A stretch of 64,000 nt of DNA, taken from positions 228,064-292,063 of the forward strand of contig JAZKFH010000027.1 in NCBI GenBank assembly GCA_040386535.1, given 5' to 3'. The translations under genes and the position numbers were made by a program. The stretch's first letter is position 1; each line of letters starts with the position of its first letter. Origin of the DNA: Myxococcota bacterium (lineage in GTDB: Bacteria; Myxococcota_A; UBA796; SXON01). Below are positions 52,462 to 64,000 of the stretch, one piece after another. The notes under the pieces are model-generated. The model saw only the letters and a program-made list of their open reading frames with translations, ran no database searches and was not told the origin of the DNA.

Positions 52462-53231
52462 AACGTGACCTTCTCGCCGTTCTTCCGCGTGACCTGAACC
52501 CTCAGGTTCTCGTCGTTGCGGAGGAACAGGTAGGCGGCGATGCCGTCGGTCAGCGTCGCGACGCGTCGATCGTTGATCGAGTTGACGATGTCGCCGTGGC
52601 GCAGGCCCGCTTGCCGCAACAAGCTGCACCGCGGCAGGAAGATGCGCGCGCCGTCGGGCCGCCCGTCCGCGTCGCGGTGGGTGTTCACCCCGACCTGGTT
52701 CTCGAGCTCCTTCAGGTGGACCGCGTAGTAGTCGACCACGTCCCGCTCGACGCGCCACTTGTCGCCGCCGAGGGGGGTGATCTCCTCGATGTCCTCGCAC
52801 GGCTTGCGTTCGCCGCGCGGGCGGACGCCCTTGAGGCCCCGCCGGATGGCGGCCATGCTCGCGTTGGTGTTCGGGTCGCCGTCGGCGGCGCCCTCGGGGC
52901 CGGAGGCGGCGGGCTTGGTGACAGCGGCGGCCGCGGGGCCGGGCGCGGTCGACGCCTCGGCGGCAGGCGCGGTGGCCTCCGTGGGCTCGACGTACATCGA
53001 GACCCGCACCGGATCGGGCTCCCCGAGGGGCACCTCGCCGCCGTCGTTCCCGATGGGGCCCGGCTCGGTGCCCTCCTCCCCGATCAGCTCGTCCGTCGAC
53101 TGGTCATCGAGCCACCACAACACGAACAGCGGCGCGGTCAACGCGAGGTGCAGCGCCAGGCTCATCCCGAAGGAGAACACGGGCGGGGCGACGCGGGCGA
53201 GCAGCGTGGGCACGGATCTGGCGGGCCGCAC
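52440..53231 (-). CDS. Membrane-anchored protein with GspC-like C-terminal PDZ domain (start uncertain)
   Basis: SLALHL TM segment, Pro/Ala linker, SLLRQAGLRHGDIVNSIN...VQVTRKNG. Confidence 0.65.
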   Translation of the reverse strand: MRPARSVPTLLARVAPPVFSFGMSLALHLALTAPLFVLWWLDDQSTDELIGEEGTEPGPIGNDGGEVPLGEPDPVRVSMYVEPTEATAPAAEASTAPGPAAAAVTKPAASGPEGAADGDPNTNASMAAIRRGLKGVRPRGERKPCEDIEEITPLGGDKWRVERDVVDYYAVHLKELENQVGVNTHRDADGRPDGARIFLPRCSLLRQAGLRHGDIVNSINDRRVATLTDGIAAYLFLRNDENLRVQVTRKNGEKVTLRYRLKR

Positions 53232-53293
53232 GGCCGGACTCCTGGAGACCCGATGCCCTTAGCCGACCGGACGAGCCGAAGCCCGGCATGCGC

Positions 53294-53935
53294 TCAGTTG
53301 CTGTCGTCCGAGTGCGGACGGCGGCGCACGAGGACGCGCGCGGGCGGCATGTTCAGCAGCACGTTGCGGCTGCCGACCACGAGCGGAGCCAACCGCTCCT
53401 CGAGCTCCATGAGCTGGCGAGCCCGCTTGCGATCCTTGGGCGGGCCGAACATGCGGAGCACCTCGCGCCCGAGGATGTGGTGGAACATGATCAGCGTGCC
53501 ACCGGGCTCGAGGAGCTCGAAGAAGCGCGCGTAGATCTTCTCCGACAGCTCGGCCGGGAAGTTCGCGAGCGGGAGTCCGCTCACGATGTGATGGTACCGC
53601 AGCCCCACGTCGAACTTGAGGATGTCCTCGTTGTGGATGATCGGGGCCAGGGGCGTGGCGCCATCGAACCGCTTGTGGAGCGTGTCGCAGAAGGCCGGGT
53701 TCAGCTCGACCACGTCGAGATGGTCGCCGGGGAGCAGGCGCTGAGTGAGCTCGGCGGTGACGGGGCCGACGCCCGCACCCACCTCGAGGACCCGCAGCGG
53801 GCCGCCCGATCCGCCCACCACGGGCCGGACCATCGCCTCGCAGAGGCCACGGCTGGAGGGCCAGACGGCGCCCACGGTCGCGCCGTTCCGGAAGCTCTGC
53901 GAGAGGAATTTGAGCCCGTCCAGAACTGCGGCCAT
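53294..53935 (-). CDS. Phospholipid/ornithine-lipid N-methyltransferase (PmtA/OlsG-like)
   Basis: VGAVWPSSRGL, VLEVGAGVG, VELNPAF, IVSGLPLANF. Confidence 0.75.
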   Translation of the reverse strand: MAAVLDGLKFLSQSFRNGATVGAVWPSSRGLCEAMVRPVVGGSGGPLRVLEVGAGVGPVTAELTQRLLPGDHLDVVELNPAFCDTLHKRFDGATPLAPIIHNEDILKFDVGLRYHHIVSGLPLANFPAELSEKIYARFFELLEPGGTLIMFHHILGREVLRMFGPPKDRKRARQLMELEERLAPLVVGSRNVLLNMPPARVLVRRRPHSDDSN

Positions 53936-54048
53936 GACGTATCCGTGACGTTCGGCTCACGTACCGCGCCCACGCCTACGGCGCAGCGTGAGAATCCGAA
54001 GGCGTGGCACTTCGGTACAAGGGCGCTCGGCATTCGGGAGCTTGGAGG

Positions 54049-54071
54049 CCGGGGGGCGCCATGCCCCCCGG
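54049..54071 (-). terminator. GC hairpin downstream of the acyl-CoA dehydrogenase
   Basis: CCGGGGGGC-gccat-GCCCCCCGG about 15 bp after the stop. Confidence 0.5.
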
Positions 54072-54086
54072 AGCCCCGATCGGACG

Positions 54087-55910
<1,824 letters not shown>

Positions 55911-55934
55911 GATGGAAAAATCCTCGGGTGCTGA

Positions 55935-55954
55935 ATGAATGAATAGTCATTCAA
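55935..55954. promoter_or_regulatory. TetR-type FadR-like operator ATGAATGAATAGTCATTCAA
   Basis: Palindrome TGAATGA-N4-TCATTCA about 25 bp upstream of the acyl-CoA dehydrogenase; fits the Bacillus FadR(YsiA) consensus WTGAATGAMTANTCATTCAN as recalled. Confidence 0.8.
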
Positions 55955-56065
55955 CTAAGTCGTCGGCTCGGGGTGGGCAAGGACGCGCCCACGGTCGACT
56001 TCTCAGGGCATGATCGGAGTGGACGCTGGCCTGCAAGGGGTTTCCCTTGTAGGCACGGAGGGCGC

Positions 56066-56875
56066 GTGTTGCTGGGTTTCCTGGCGTTGACAGCCTGCGG
56101 AGGGGAGGATCCCCCCGCGGTCGCGCAGACGACGGGGTCCGCCGTCGAGAGCCTCTTCGTGGACGTTTCCGCGCGAGTGGTCGAGCCCGGAGCTCCCGCG
56201 GCGTGGACCGTTCGTGCAGTTTGGGGCACTCCTCGTCCCCCGCCGCTCCTCGCGGTCGGCGAATGCCGCCGCCCCACCGCCGAGCTCCCGGTCGGCCAGC
56301 CCGGGGCCGAGGAGCTTCGCATCTCCGGGGGCGCGGGCGCCCGGCTCTCCCGCCTCAGCTGGGACGGACCCACCGGCACGTGGACCGCCCCGGGGCCGCG
56401 CCAGGTGCTCGACCCCGCGTGGAGCGTGGCCGACGTGTCGTGGACCGACCTGGACGGCGCCGTGCACGTCGCGGACGACGTGGTGCGCTTCGGCGGCCTG
56501 CCCGACGTGACCCGCGTGGAGCGCGAGCGGGAGGGCGGGGTGCGCGTGGGCTGGGATTCGGCCACCGTGGGCGCGACCGAGGTGCGGGTGAGCGGCCCCG
56601 CGGGCGCGCTAGTGTGCGGCACCACCCCCGACGGCACCTCGCTGCCCTGGTGGGTCGTGCCCGCCTACGGCGGCGAGATCGTGCTGGAAAGCGTGCGGGA
56701 GAACAGCGCCCTGGTGGACGGAGTGCTCGTGCGGGTGCGCACCACGCTCGAACGCGTGATCCGCCTGGACGAGCCCGCCGGCACCACGGCCGAGGAGGAG
56801 CACCCCGCGTTCCGCCCGTACTCGATGCACGGCCCGCGGCGGCTCATCCGGGCGGCAAGGCACCCCGTCGGGTAG
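56066..56875 (+). CDS. Hypothetical lipoprotein
   Basis: GGAGG SD, GTG start, MLLGFLALTAC. Confidence 0.65.
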   Translation: MLLGFLALTACGGEDPPAVAQTTGSAVESLFVDVSARVVEPGAPAAWTVRAVWGTPRPPPLLAVGECRRPTAELPVGQPGAEELRISGGAGARLSRLSWDGPTGTWTAPGPRQVLDPAWSVADVSWTDLDGAVHVADDVVRFGGLPDVTRVEREREGGVRVGWDSATVGATEVRVSGPAGALVCGTTPDGTSLPWWVVPAYGGEIVLESVRENSALVDGVLVRVRTTLERVIRLDEPAGTTAEEEHPAFRPYSMHGPRRLIRAARHPVG

Positions 56876-56893
56876 GTCTTCGCGGCCTGGGAG

Positions 56894-58240
56894 TCAGGTG
56901 CCCATCAACACCTCGCCCAGCGTGCGCGCCGGCACGAGGATGAGCCCGGCGCTGTCCCCATCGACCGACATCGGGACCCGGGCCCGCCGGAAGCCGTGCC
57001 GCTCCGCCTCCCGCAGGCGTAGCGCGGGTGAGCTGACCCCGCGCAGCTCGCCGACCAGCCCCACCTCTCCGAACACGAGCAGATCGGGCTCGACGGGGCG
57101 GTCGAGCGCGCTGGAGTGGAGCGCGACGGCGATGGCGAGGTCCGCCGCGGGCTCCTGCACCTTCACGCCGCCGGCCACGCTCACGAACACGTCCCGGTCG
57201 GACAGATCGAGGCCCGCCTTCCCCAACACGGCGAGCAGCATGGCGAGGCGCCCACGGTCCACCCCGACCGCGGTGCGCGCCGGGTTGCCCTGCGTGGGGC
57301 GGCCCACGAGCGCCTGGACCTCTACCAGCAGGGGCCGGCTCCCCTCCATCGTGCAGGTGACCACGGTGCCCGCGGCCCCGCGGGCACGCTCCTTCAAGAG
57401 GCGCGCAGACGCGTCGGGCACCTCCGCGAGCCCCTCCTCGCGCATCTCGAACATGCCGATCTCGCCGGTGGACCCGAAGCGGTTCTTCGTGGCGCGGAGG
57501 ATGCGCAGGGCGTTCGACCCGTCCCCCTCGAAGTAGAGCACCGTATCGACCATGTGCTCGAGGGCACGCGGGCCGGCGAGGTTGCCCTCCTTCGTGACGT
57601 GGCCGACCAGGAAGGTGGCGATGTCCTTCCCCTTGGCGATCTGCATCGCCTTGGCCGCCACCTGCCGCACCTGGGAGATCGAGCCGGGAACGCTGTCCAG
57701 CTCGGGCTCTTGGAGGGTTTGCACCGAGTCGAGCACGAGCACGCGGGGCTTTACGTCCTCGATGGCGGCCACCACCGCGTCGAGCCCGGTCTCCGCGAGG
57801 AGGAACAGCTCGTCTCCGCTGACGCCGAGCCGATCGGCGCGGAGCCGCACCTGGCGCGCCGACTCCTCGGCGCTCACGTAGAGCACGCGGATGCCCTTCC
57901 GGGCGAACGCCTGCATCGCCATCAGCAGCAACGTGGACTTGCCGACGCCCGGATCCCCGCCGAGCAGCGTGAGCGCGCCCGTGACCAGCCCCCCGCCGAG
58001 CACCCGGTCGAGCTCGCCGATGCCGATGCGCAGCCGCACCTCGCCCCCCTCTCCCAGCGAGATGCTGGAGAGCGGCCGTGCCTTGGAGGCGCCCGAGGCC
58101 CGCGGCGCGGCGGCCTTCGGCGCGGCGGCGCTCTGCTCGACGAGCGTGTTCCACTCGCCGCAGCCGGCGCACCGGCCCATCCAGGTCTGGGCCATGTGCC
58201 CGCACTGCTGGCAGACGTAGACGTTTCGGACCTTGGCCAT
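56894..58240 (-). CDS. radA: DNA repair protein RadA/Sms
   Basis: CQQC...GRCAGCGEWN Zn finger, GGDPGVGKSTL, KNRFG, Lon-like C-terminus. Confidence 0.96.
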   Translation of the reverse strand: MAKVRNVYVCQQCGHMAQTWMGRCAGCGEWNTLVEQSAAAPKAAAPRASGASKARPLSSISLGEGGEVRLRIGIGELDRVLGGGLVTGALTLLGGDPGVGKSTLLLMAMQAFARKGIRVLYVSAEESARQVRLRADRLGVSGDELFLLAETGLDAVVAAIEDVKPRVLVLDSVQTLQEPELDSVPGSISQVRQVAAKAMQIAKGKDIATFLVGHVTKEGNLAGPRALEHMVDTVLYFEGDGSNALRILRATKNRFGSTGEIGMFEMREEGLAEVPDASARLLKERARGAAGTVVTCTMEGSRPLLVEVQALVGRPTQGNPARTAVGVDRGRLAMLLAVLGKAGLDLSDRDVFVSVAGGVKVQEPAADLAIAVALHSSALDRPVEPDLLVFGEVGLVGELRGVSSPALRLREAERHGFRRARVPMSVDGDSAGLILVPARTLGEVLMGT

Positions 58241-58297
58241 GGGAGCGCTCGGGGGAGGGGAGTGCGTTCGCGGACAGAGCGACCGCGGGCCGAACTA

Positions 58298-58314
58298 CTA
58301 AACGCCTGTTCGGG
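58298..58314. promoter_or_regulatory. Myxococcus-type LexA (SOS) box upstream of radA
   Basis: CTAAACGCCTGTTCGGG matches CTRHAMRYBYGTTCAGS (recalled M. xanthus consensus) at 16/17 positions. Confidence 0.6.
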
Positions 58315-58402
58315 ATACGCAAGCCCCGGAGTCGCCTTCGGGGGGCCAGAATCTGTCCGCCCCGCCGCAGGGTTCGGGGGACGCGGCGGGATAGGAGCCG
58401 GG

Positions 58403-59176
58403 ATGCGCATCGTCTCCATCTGCCCCTCGAACACCGAGATCGCCTGTGCCCTGGGGCTCGGCCCCGCGCTGGTCGGCCTCGATCGTTCGTCGGACTGGCC
58501 GCCCGAGGTGGTCACCCTGCCGCGGGTCGGCGCGGACATTGCCATCGACATGGCGGCCGTGGCGGCACTGAAGCCGGACCTCGTGCTCTCGTCGCTGTCC
58601 GTGCCGGGCATGGAGGCCAACCTCGAGGGGCTGGACGCCGCGGGCATCCCCCACGTCGTGCTCGACGCGCGATCGATCCCGGACGTGTACACCAGCATCC
58701 GTACGGTCGGGCGGCTGTTCGGCCTCGGACGGGTCGCGGGGGAGCTCGTCGCGTCGATGCAGGCGCGCCTCGACGCGGTGGAGGCGCGAGCCGCCACCCT
58801 CCCGCGGCGGCCCACGGTGTTCCTGGAGTGGTGGCCCAAGCCCGTGATCGTGCCGGGGCGCCAGTGCTGGACCACGCAGATGATCCGCATCGCGGGCGGC
58901 GAGAGCGCGTTCGCCGATCTCGACGTGCGGTCCACGCCCGTGGAGAACGCCGCCGTGCCCGAGCGCGCCCCCGACATCCTCCTCTCGTGCTGGTGCGGCG
59001 TGCCGCACGCCCACCAGAAGCCGGGGAAGATGGCGGAGCGCCCGGGGTGGGCGGACATCCCCGGCGTTCGCACCGGTCAGGTGTTCGCCGCGGAGGAGCG
59101 CCTGTTCGGGCGCCCGGGGCCGCGCCTCGTCGAGGGTGTCGAGTGGCTGCACGAGCGGATCGTGGCATGGGCCTGA
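58403..59176 (+). CDS. BtuF-like cobalamin/helical-backbone metal receptor
   Basis: MRIVSICPSNTEI, LKPDLVL, FGRPGPRLVEG. Confidence 0.82.
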   Translation: MRIVSICPSNTEIACALGLGPALVGLDRSSDWPPEVVTLPRVGADIAIDMAAVAALKPDLVLSSLSVPGMEANLEGLDAAGIPHVVLDARSIPDVYTSIRTVGRLFGLGRVAGELVASMQARLDAVEARAATLPRRPTVFLEWWPKPVIVPGRQCWTTQMIRIAGGESAFADLDVRSTPVENAAVPERAPDILLSCWCGVPHAHQKPGKMAERPGWADIPGVRTGQVFAAEERLFGRPGPRLVEGVEWLHERIVAWA

Positions 59177-60090
59177 CGCTCCTCCGCTGGGGGATGGCCG
59201 AGTACGAGCGTGGCCCGCTCGTCGGCCTGCCGCCGGGTGTCACGGAGATCATCGCCACGGGCGCGGACGCGCCGCTCGAAGAGGCCGACGTGCTGGTGGT
59301 CCCCAGCAAGACCCGGGTCGACGCCGCGGTGGTGCGCCGGTTGACGCGCTGCCGGCTGGTCGTCACGACCACCTCGGGGCACGATCACCTCGATCTCGTC
59401 GCGCTCACCGCCGCCGGAATCGTCGCGAGCCGCCTCCCATACGCCCGCCGGGACGCGGTGGTAGAGACTGCCCTCGGCATGATCCTCGGCCTCACCCGCC
59501 GCCTCGGGCCGCTCCAGGAGGCCGCGGCGGCCGGGCGCTGGGACCGCGCGCGGCTCGTCGAGCACGGGGCCACGCGCATCGGCACCGTCGCGGTCGTCGG
59601 GGTAGGGATCATCGGGAGCCACATGTACACGGTGCTTCGGGCGCTCGGCGCCACGGTCCTCCCGGTGGATCCGCGCCTGCCCGACACGGTGCCCCTCGCC
59701 GACGCGCTCGCGGCGGCGGATGTCGTGACGCTCCACTGTTCGCTGAACGCCGCGCCCGGACGGGGAAACGCCGGCATGATCGGCCCTGCAGCGCTCGCGA
59801 CCATGCGGCCCGGCGCCGTGCTCGTGAACACGGCCCGCGGCAAGCTCGTCGACGTCGAGGCCGCCGTGGCCGCCGTGCGCGCCGGGCACCTCGCGGGGCT
59901 CGGCCTCGACGTGTTCCCGGCCGAGCCTGCGGACCTCGCGCGCTGGGCCGCTCCGAACGTGCTGCTCACGCCCCACGCGGCGGGCTGGCACCCGCGCCTG
60001 GGCGAAGCGGTCGCGGAGGGGGTGGCAGCGGCGGTGGCCGCCCTGTTGGCGGGTACACCGGTACCGGACGCCCTTCACGACAAGGCCTGA
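59167..60090 (+). CDS. D-isomer-specific 2-hydroxyacid dehydrogenase
   Basis: GHDHLD, GVGIIG, VNTARG, LDVFPAEP, TPHAAG. Confidence 0.88.
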   Translation: MGLTLLRWGMAEYERGPLVGLPPGVTEIIATGADAPLEEADVLVVPSKTRVDAAVVRRLTRCRLVVTTTSGHDHLDLVALTAAGIVASRLPYARRDAVVETALGMILGLTRRLGPLQEAAAAGRWDRARLVEHGATRIGTVAVVGVGIIGSHMYTVLRALGATVLPVDPRLPDTVPLADALAAADVVTLHCSLNAAPGRGNAGMIGPAALATMRPGAVLVNTARGKLVDVEAAVAAVRAGHLAGLGLDVFPAEPADLARWAAPNVLLTPHAAGWHPRLGEAVAEGVAAAVAALLAGTPVPDALHDKA

Positions 60091-60143
60091 CGTCACGGGG
60101 GCGTTGCGGGGTCGGAGAGACCCCGCCCCAAAAACCCCCGAAC

Positions 60144-60479
60144 CTACCCCGGCAACAACGCGCTCACCTTGGCGGCGCAGATGAAGTCGTTGTCGGTGAG
60201 CCCACCCACGGCGTGGGTGTTCCAGCGCACGACACACTTCCCCCAGTGCACGGACAGGTCGGGGTGGTGGTCCTCGGCGTGCGCGATCCAGGCCACCGCG
60301 TTCACGAACGCCATCGTCTCGTAGTAGTTCTTGAAGCTGAACGTGCGCTCGATCGCCTTGCCGTCGTCGACCAGGGCCCAGCCGGGCACCTCAGCGAGGA
60401 GCTGGCGGATGCCATCGGGGGAGAGGCGGGGGATGCCGCCTTCACAGGCGACACAACGGCGGGCGGTCAGGTCAGACAT
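60144..60479 (-). CDS. phhB: Pterin-4-alpha-carbinolamine dehydratase
   Basis: CVACEGG, FKNYYETMAFVNAVA, EDHHPDL, THAVGGLTDNDFICAAK. Confidence 0.93.
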   Translation of the reverse strand: MSDLTARRCVACEGGIPRLSPDGIRQLLAEVPGWALVDDGKAIERTFSFKNYYETMAFVNAVAWIAHAEDHHPDLSVHWGKCVVRWNTHAVGGLTDNDFICAAKVSALLPG

Positions 60480-60503
60480 GGGAGATCTCCGGTTCCCCGG
60501 GAT

Positions 60504-61316
60504 CTAACCGCGGAGCGTGAGGATCCGGTCGACCAGCTGCGCGAACCCGTGCCCGCCCGCGCCGGCCGTGCGGAACCGCGGCCACACCGGGATGCGCGGC
60601 AGGAACGCGTCGACGTTCGCGACGCCCACCGAGAGCGGAAAGTGGGCGAACATCGGGGCGTCGTTCGCCGAGTCGCCGATATAGGCCCAGGCCTCGGGCG
60701 CCGCGGTCACGCCGAGATCGGCCGCGAGCCGCTGAAAGCCGATGAGCTTGTCGAACGCGCCAAACCAGCCGTTCACGTGGATGCTCGACACCTTGGAGGT
60801 GGCGCCGAAGCGCTCGAACACCGCGACGATGCGATCGATCGCGTCGTCACCGAGCGGAGGCACGTCCTCGCAGAAGTCGACGGCCAGGTCGAGCTCGCGG
60901 TAGGGCTGGTCGCTCGCGATGGCGCAGCCGGGCACCTCGCGGAGCACCGCTTCCCGGACCGCGGCGAGCCGCGCCTGGTTCGCCAGCCGCTCGGCCTCGG
61001 GCTGCAGGAAGCGCCGGTGAAGCTTCACCACGCCGTCGGCGCCCGGGCCCATGTAGAACCAGAGCCCGCCGTTCTCGCCGACCACGCCGTCCACCGGCCA
61101 CATCCGCGCGAGGTGGTCGACCCAGCCCGCGGGGCGCCCGGTGACCGGCACCATCACGAGCCCAGCGGCTTTCGCGCGGTCCATCGCGGCGAACGCGGCC
61201 GGGACGATCCGGCCGTGCAGGGTCACGGTGTCGTCGATGTCGAAGAGGACCCCGACGAGGGGCGCCACGTCCGCGGCGCCGAGCTCGGCGAGGGGGCAGA
61301 GCCGGTCGGTGCTCAC
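60504..61316 (-). CDS. HAD-IIB family hydrolase
   Basis: FDIDDT, VTGRPAGW, GENGG, YIGDSANDAPMF; GTG start at 61316. Confidence 0.85.
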   Translation of the reverse strand: MSTDRLCPLAELGAADVAPLVGVLFDIDDTVTLHGRIVPAAFAAMDRAKAAGLVMVPVTGRPAGWVDHLARMWPVDGVVGENGGLWFYMGPGADGVVKLHRRFLQPEAERLANQARLAAVREAVLREVPGCAIASDQPYRELDLAVDFCEDVPPLGDDAIDRIVAVFERFGATSKVSSIHVNGWFGAFDKLIGFQRLAADLGVTAAPEAWAYIGDSANDAPMFAHFPLSVGVANVDAFLPRIPVWPRFRTAGAGGHGFAQLVDRILTLRG

Positions 61317-61336
61317 AGCGCTCTCCGCCAAGCCGC

Positions 61337-62343
61337 CTACTCGACCTTCCAGGTGTCGCCGGAGAACAGCAGCTTCTTGAGGCTGACGTCGGGCGCGGCG
61401 GCCTTGGCCTGCTCGATCTGCTCGTTGAACTGCGCGTCGTAGGTGGGGCGCGAGTGGCGGTGCAGGACGCCCATGGGCACCGGGAACTCGGGGTAGTCCA
61501 TCCGCGCGAGCACGGCGGCGAGGTACGGGTCGGTCTCGTCGTGCACGAGGCAGTCGTCGGCGGTGAGACCGTCTCCCAGCTCGATGATCGTGGGCCGCAG
61601 GCCGTTCAGCTTGATGCCCTTCTTGCCGCCGGCGAACACCATCGGGGCGCCGTGCGTGAGGAACAGGCAGCGCTCTTCGCGCACCGGCTTCTCGATCAGC
61701 GAGTCCCACGCGCCATCGTTGAAGATGTTGCAGTTCTGGTAGATCTCGACGAAGGCGGCGCCCTTGTGCTCGTGCGCGGCGCGCATGACCTCGCGCTGCT
61801 CCTTCGTGAAGATGTCGACCGAGCGGGCGATGAAGGTGGCCTCGCAGCCGAGCGCGAAGGCCAGCGGCATGAAGGGGTGGTCCAGGCTCCCCATCGGGGT
61901 GGACTTGGTCTTCTTGCCCGGCTCCGACGTGGGGCTGTATTGCCCCTTGGTGAGCCCGTAGATGCGGTTGTTGAACAGGAGCACCTGCACGTCGACGTTG
62001 CGACGGAGCAGGTGGGCCGTGTGGTTCCCGCCGATCGACAGCGCGTCGCCATCGCCGGTGGCGATCCACACCGAGAGCTCGGGGCGGCTGGCCTTGATGC
62101 CGGTCGCGAACGCGGGCGCGCGGCCGTGGATCGTGTGGAAGCCGTAGGCGTTGACGTAGTACGGAAAGCGGCTGGAGCAGCCGATCCCGCTGATCATCAC
62201 GAAGTTCTCCCGGGGGATCCCGAGCTCCGCGAACACCGTCTGCGCTTGCGACAGGATCGCGTAGTCACCACATCCCGGGCACCACCGGATGATCTGGTCG
62301 GACATGAAGTCCTTCTTCGTCAACTTGACAGGAGGGAGCTCGC

Positions 62344-62347
<4 letters not shown>
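61337..62347 (-). CDS. korB: 2-oxoacid:ferredoxin oxidoreductase beta subunit
   Basis: RWCPGCGDY, SGIGCSSRFP, IHGRAP, TGDGDALSIGGNH, YGLTKGQYSPT. Confidence 0.93.

Positions 62348-64000
<1,653 letters not shown>

Noticed and set aside
58241..58402. Cobalamin riboswitch upstream of the btuF-like gene
   Set aside because: No B12-box or GGGAA/GCCACTG core motifs visible

Overview
64-kb chromosomal segment from a very GC-rich bacterium. MYXO-CTERM-like sorting tails, MopE-type Cys/Asp repeat proteins and a Myxococcus-type LexA box point to Myxococcota/Deltaproteobacteria (inference). About 50 genes, mostly housekeeping or envelope: arsH, dGTPase, HelD-like helicase, class II sirtuin, fdhD plus FdhF/YdeP oxidoreductase, recQ, mlaFE and mlaD, lepB, gcdH, radA, korAB, and many acidic surface/lipoproteins. 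No rRNA, tRNA, CRISPR array, integrase or transposase was recognised. The most unusual signals lie outside the gene list: (1) a pervasive TANNNT-N6-start leaderless-gene signature, including a divergent pair whose start codons are only 20 bp apart; (2) ultra-short 9-12 residue lipoprotein signal peptides without a basic n-region, several pinned by in-frame upstream stops; (3) a 36-bp nested-palindrome element repeated directly 3.9 kb apart, bracketing the HelD-like helicase module; (4) short tandem repeats that each start on a gene's own stop codon; (5) a perfect Bacillus-type FadR box before an acyl-CoA dehydrogenase; (6) two ABC systems interleaved across two operons; (7) a C39-like peptidase with an eCIS-cargo-like N-terminus. 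All calls come from motif recognition by eye; no searches were run.
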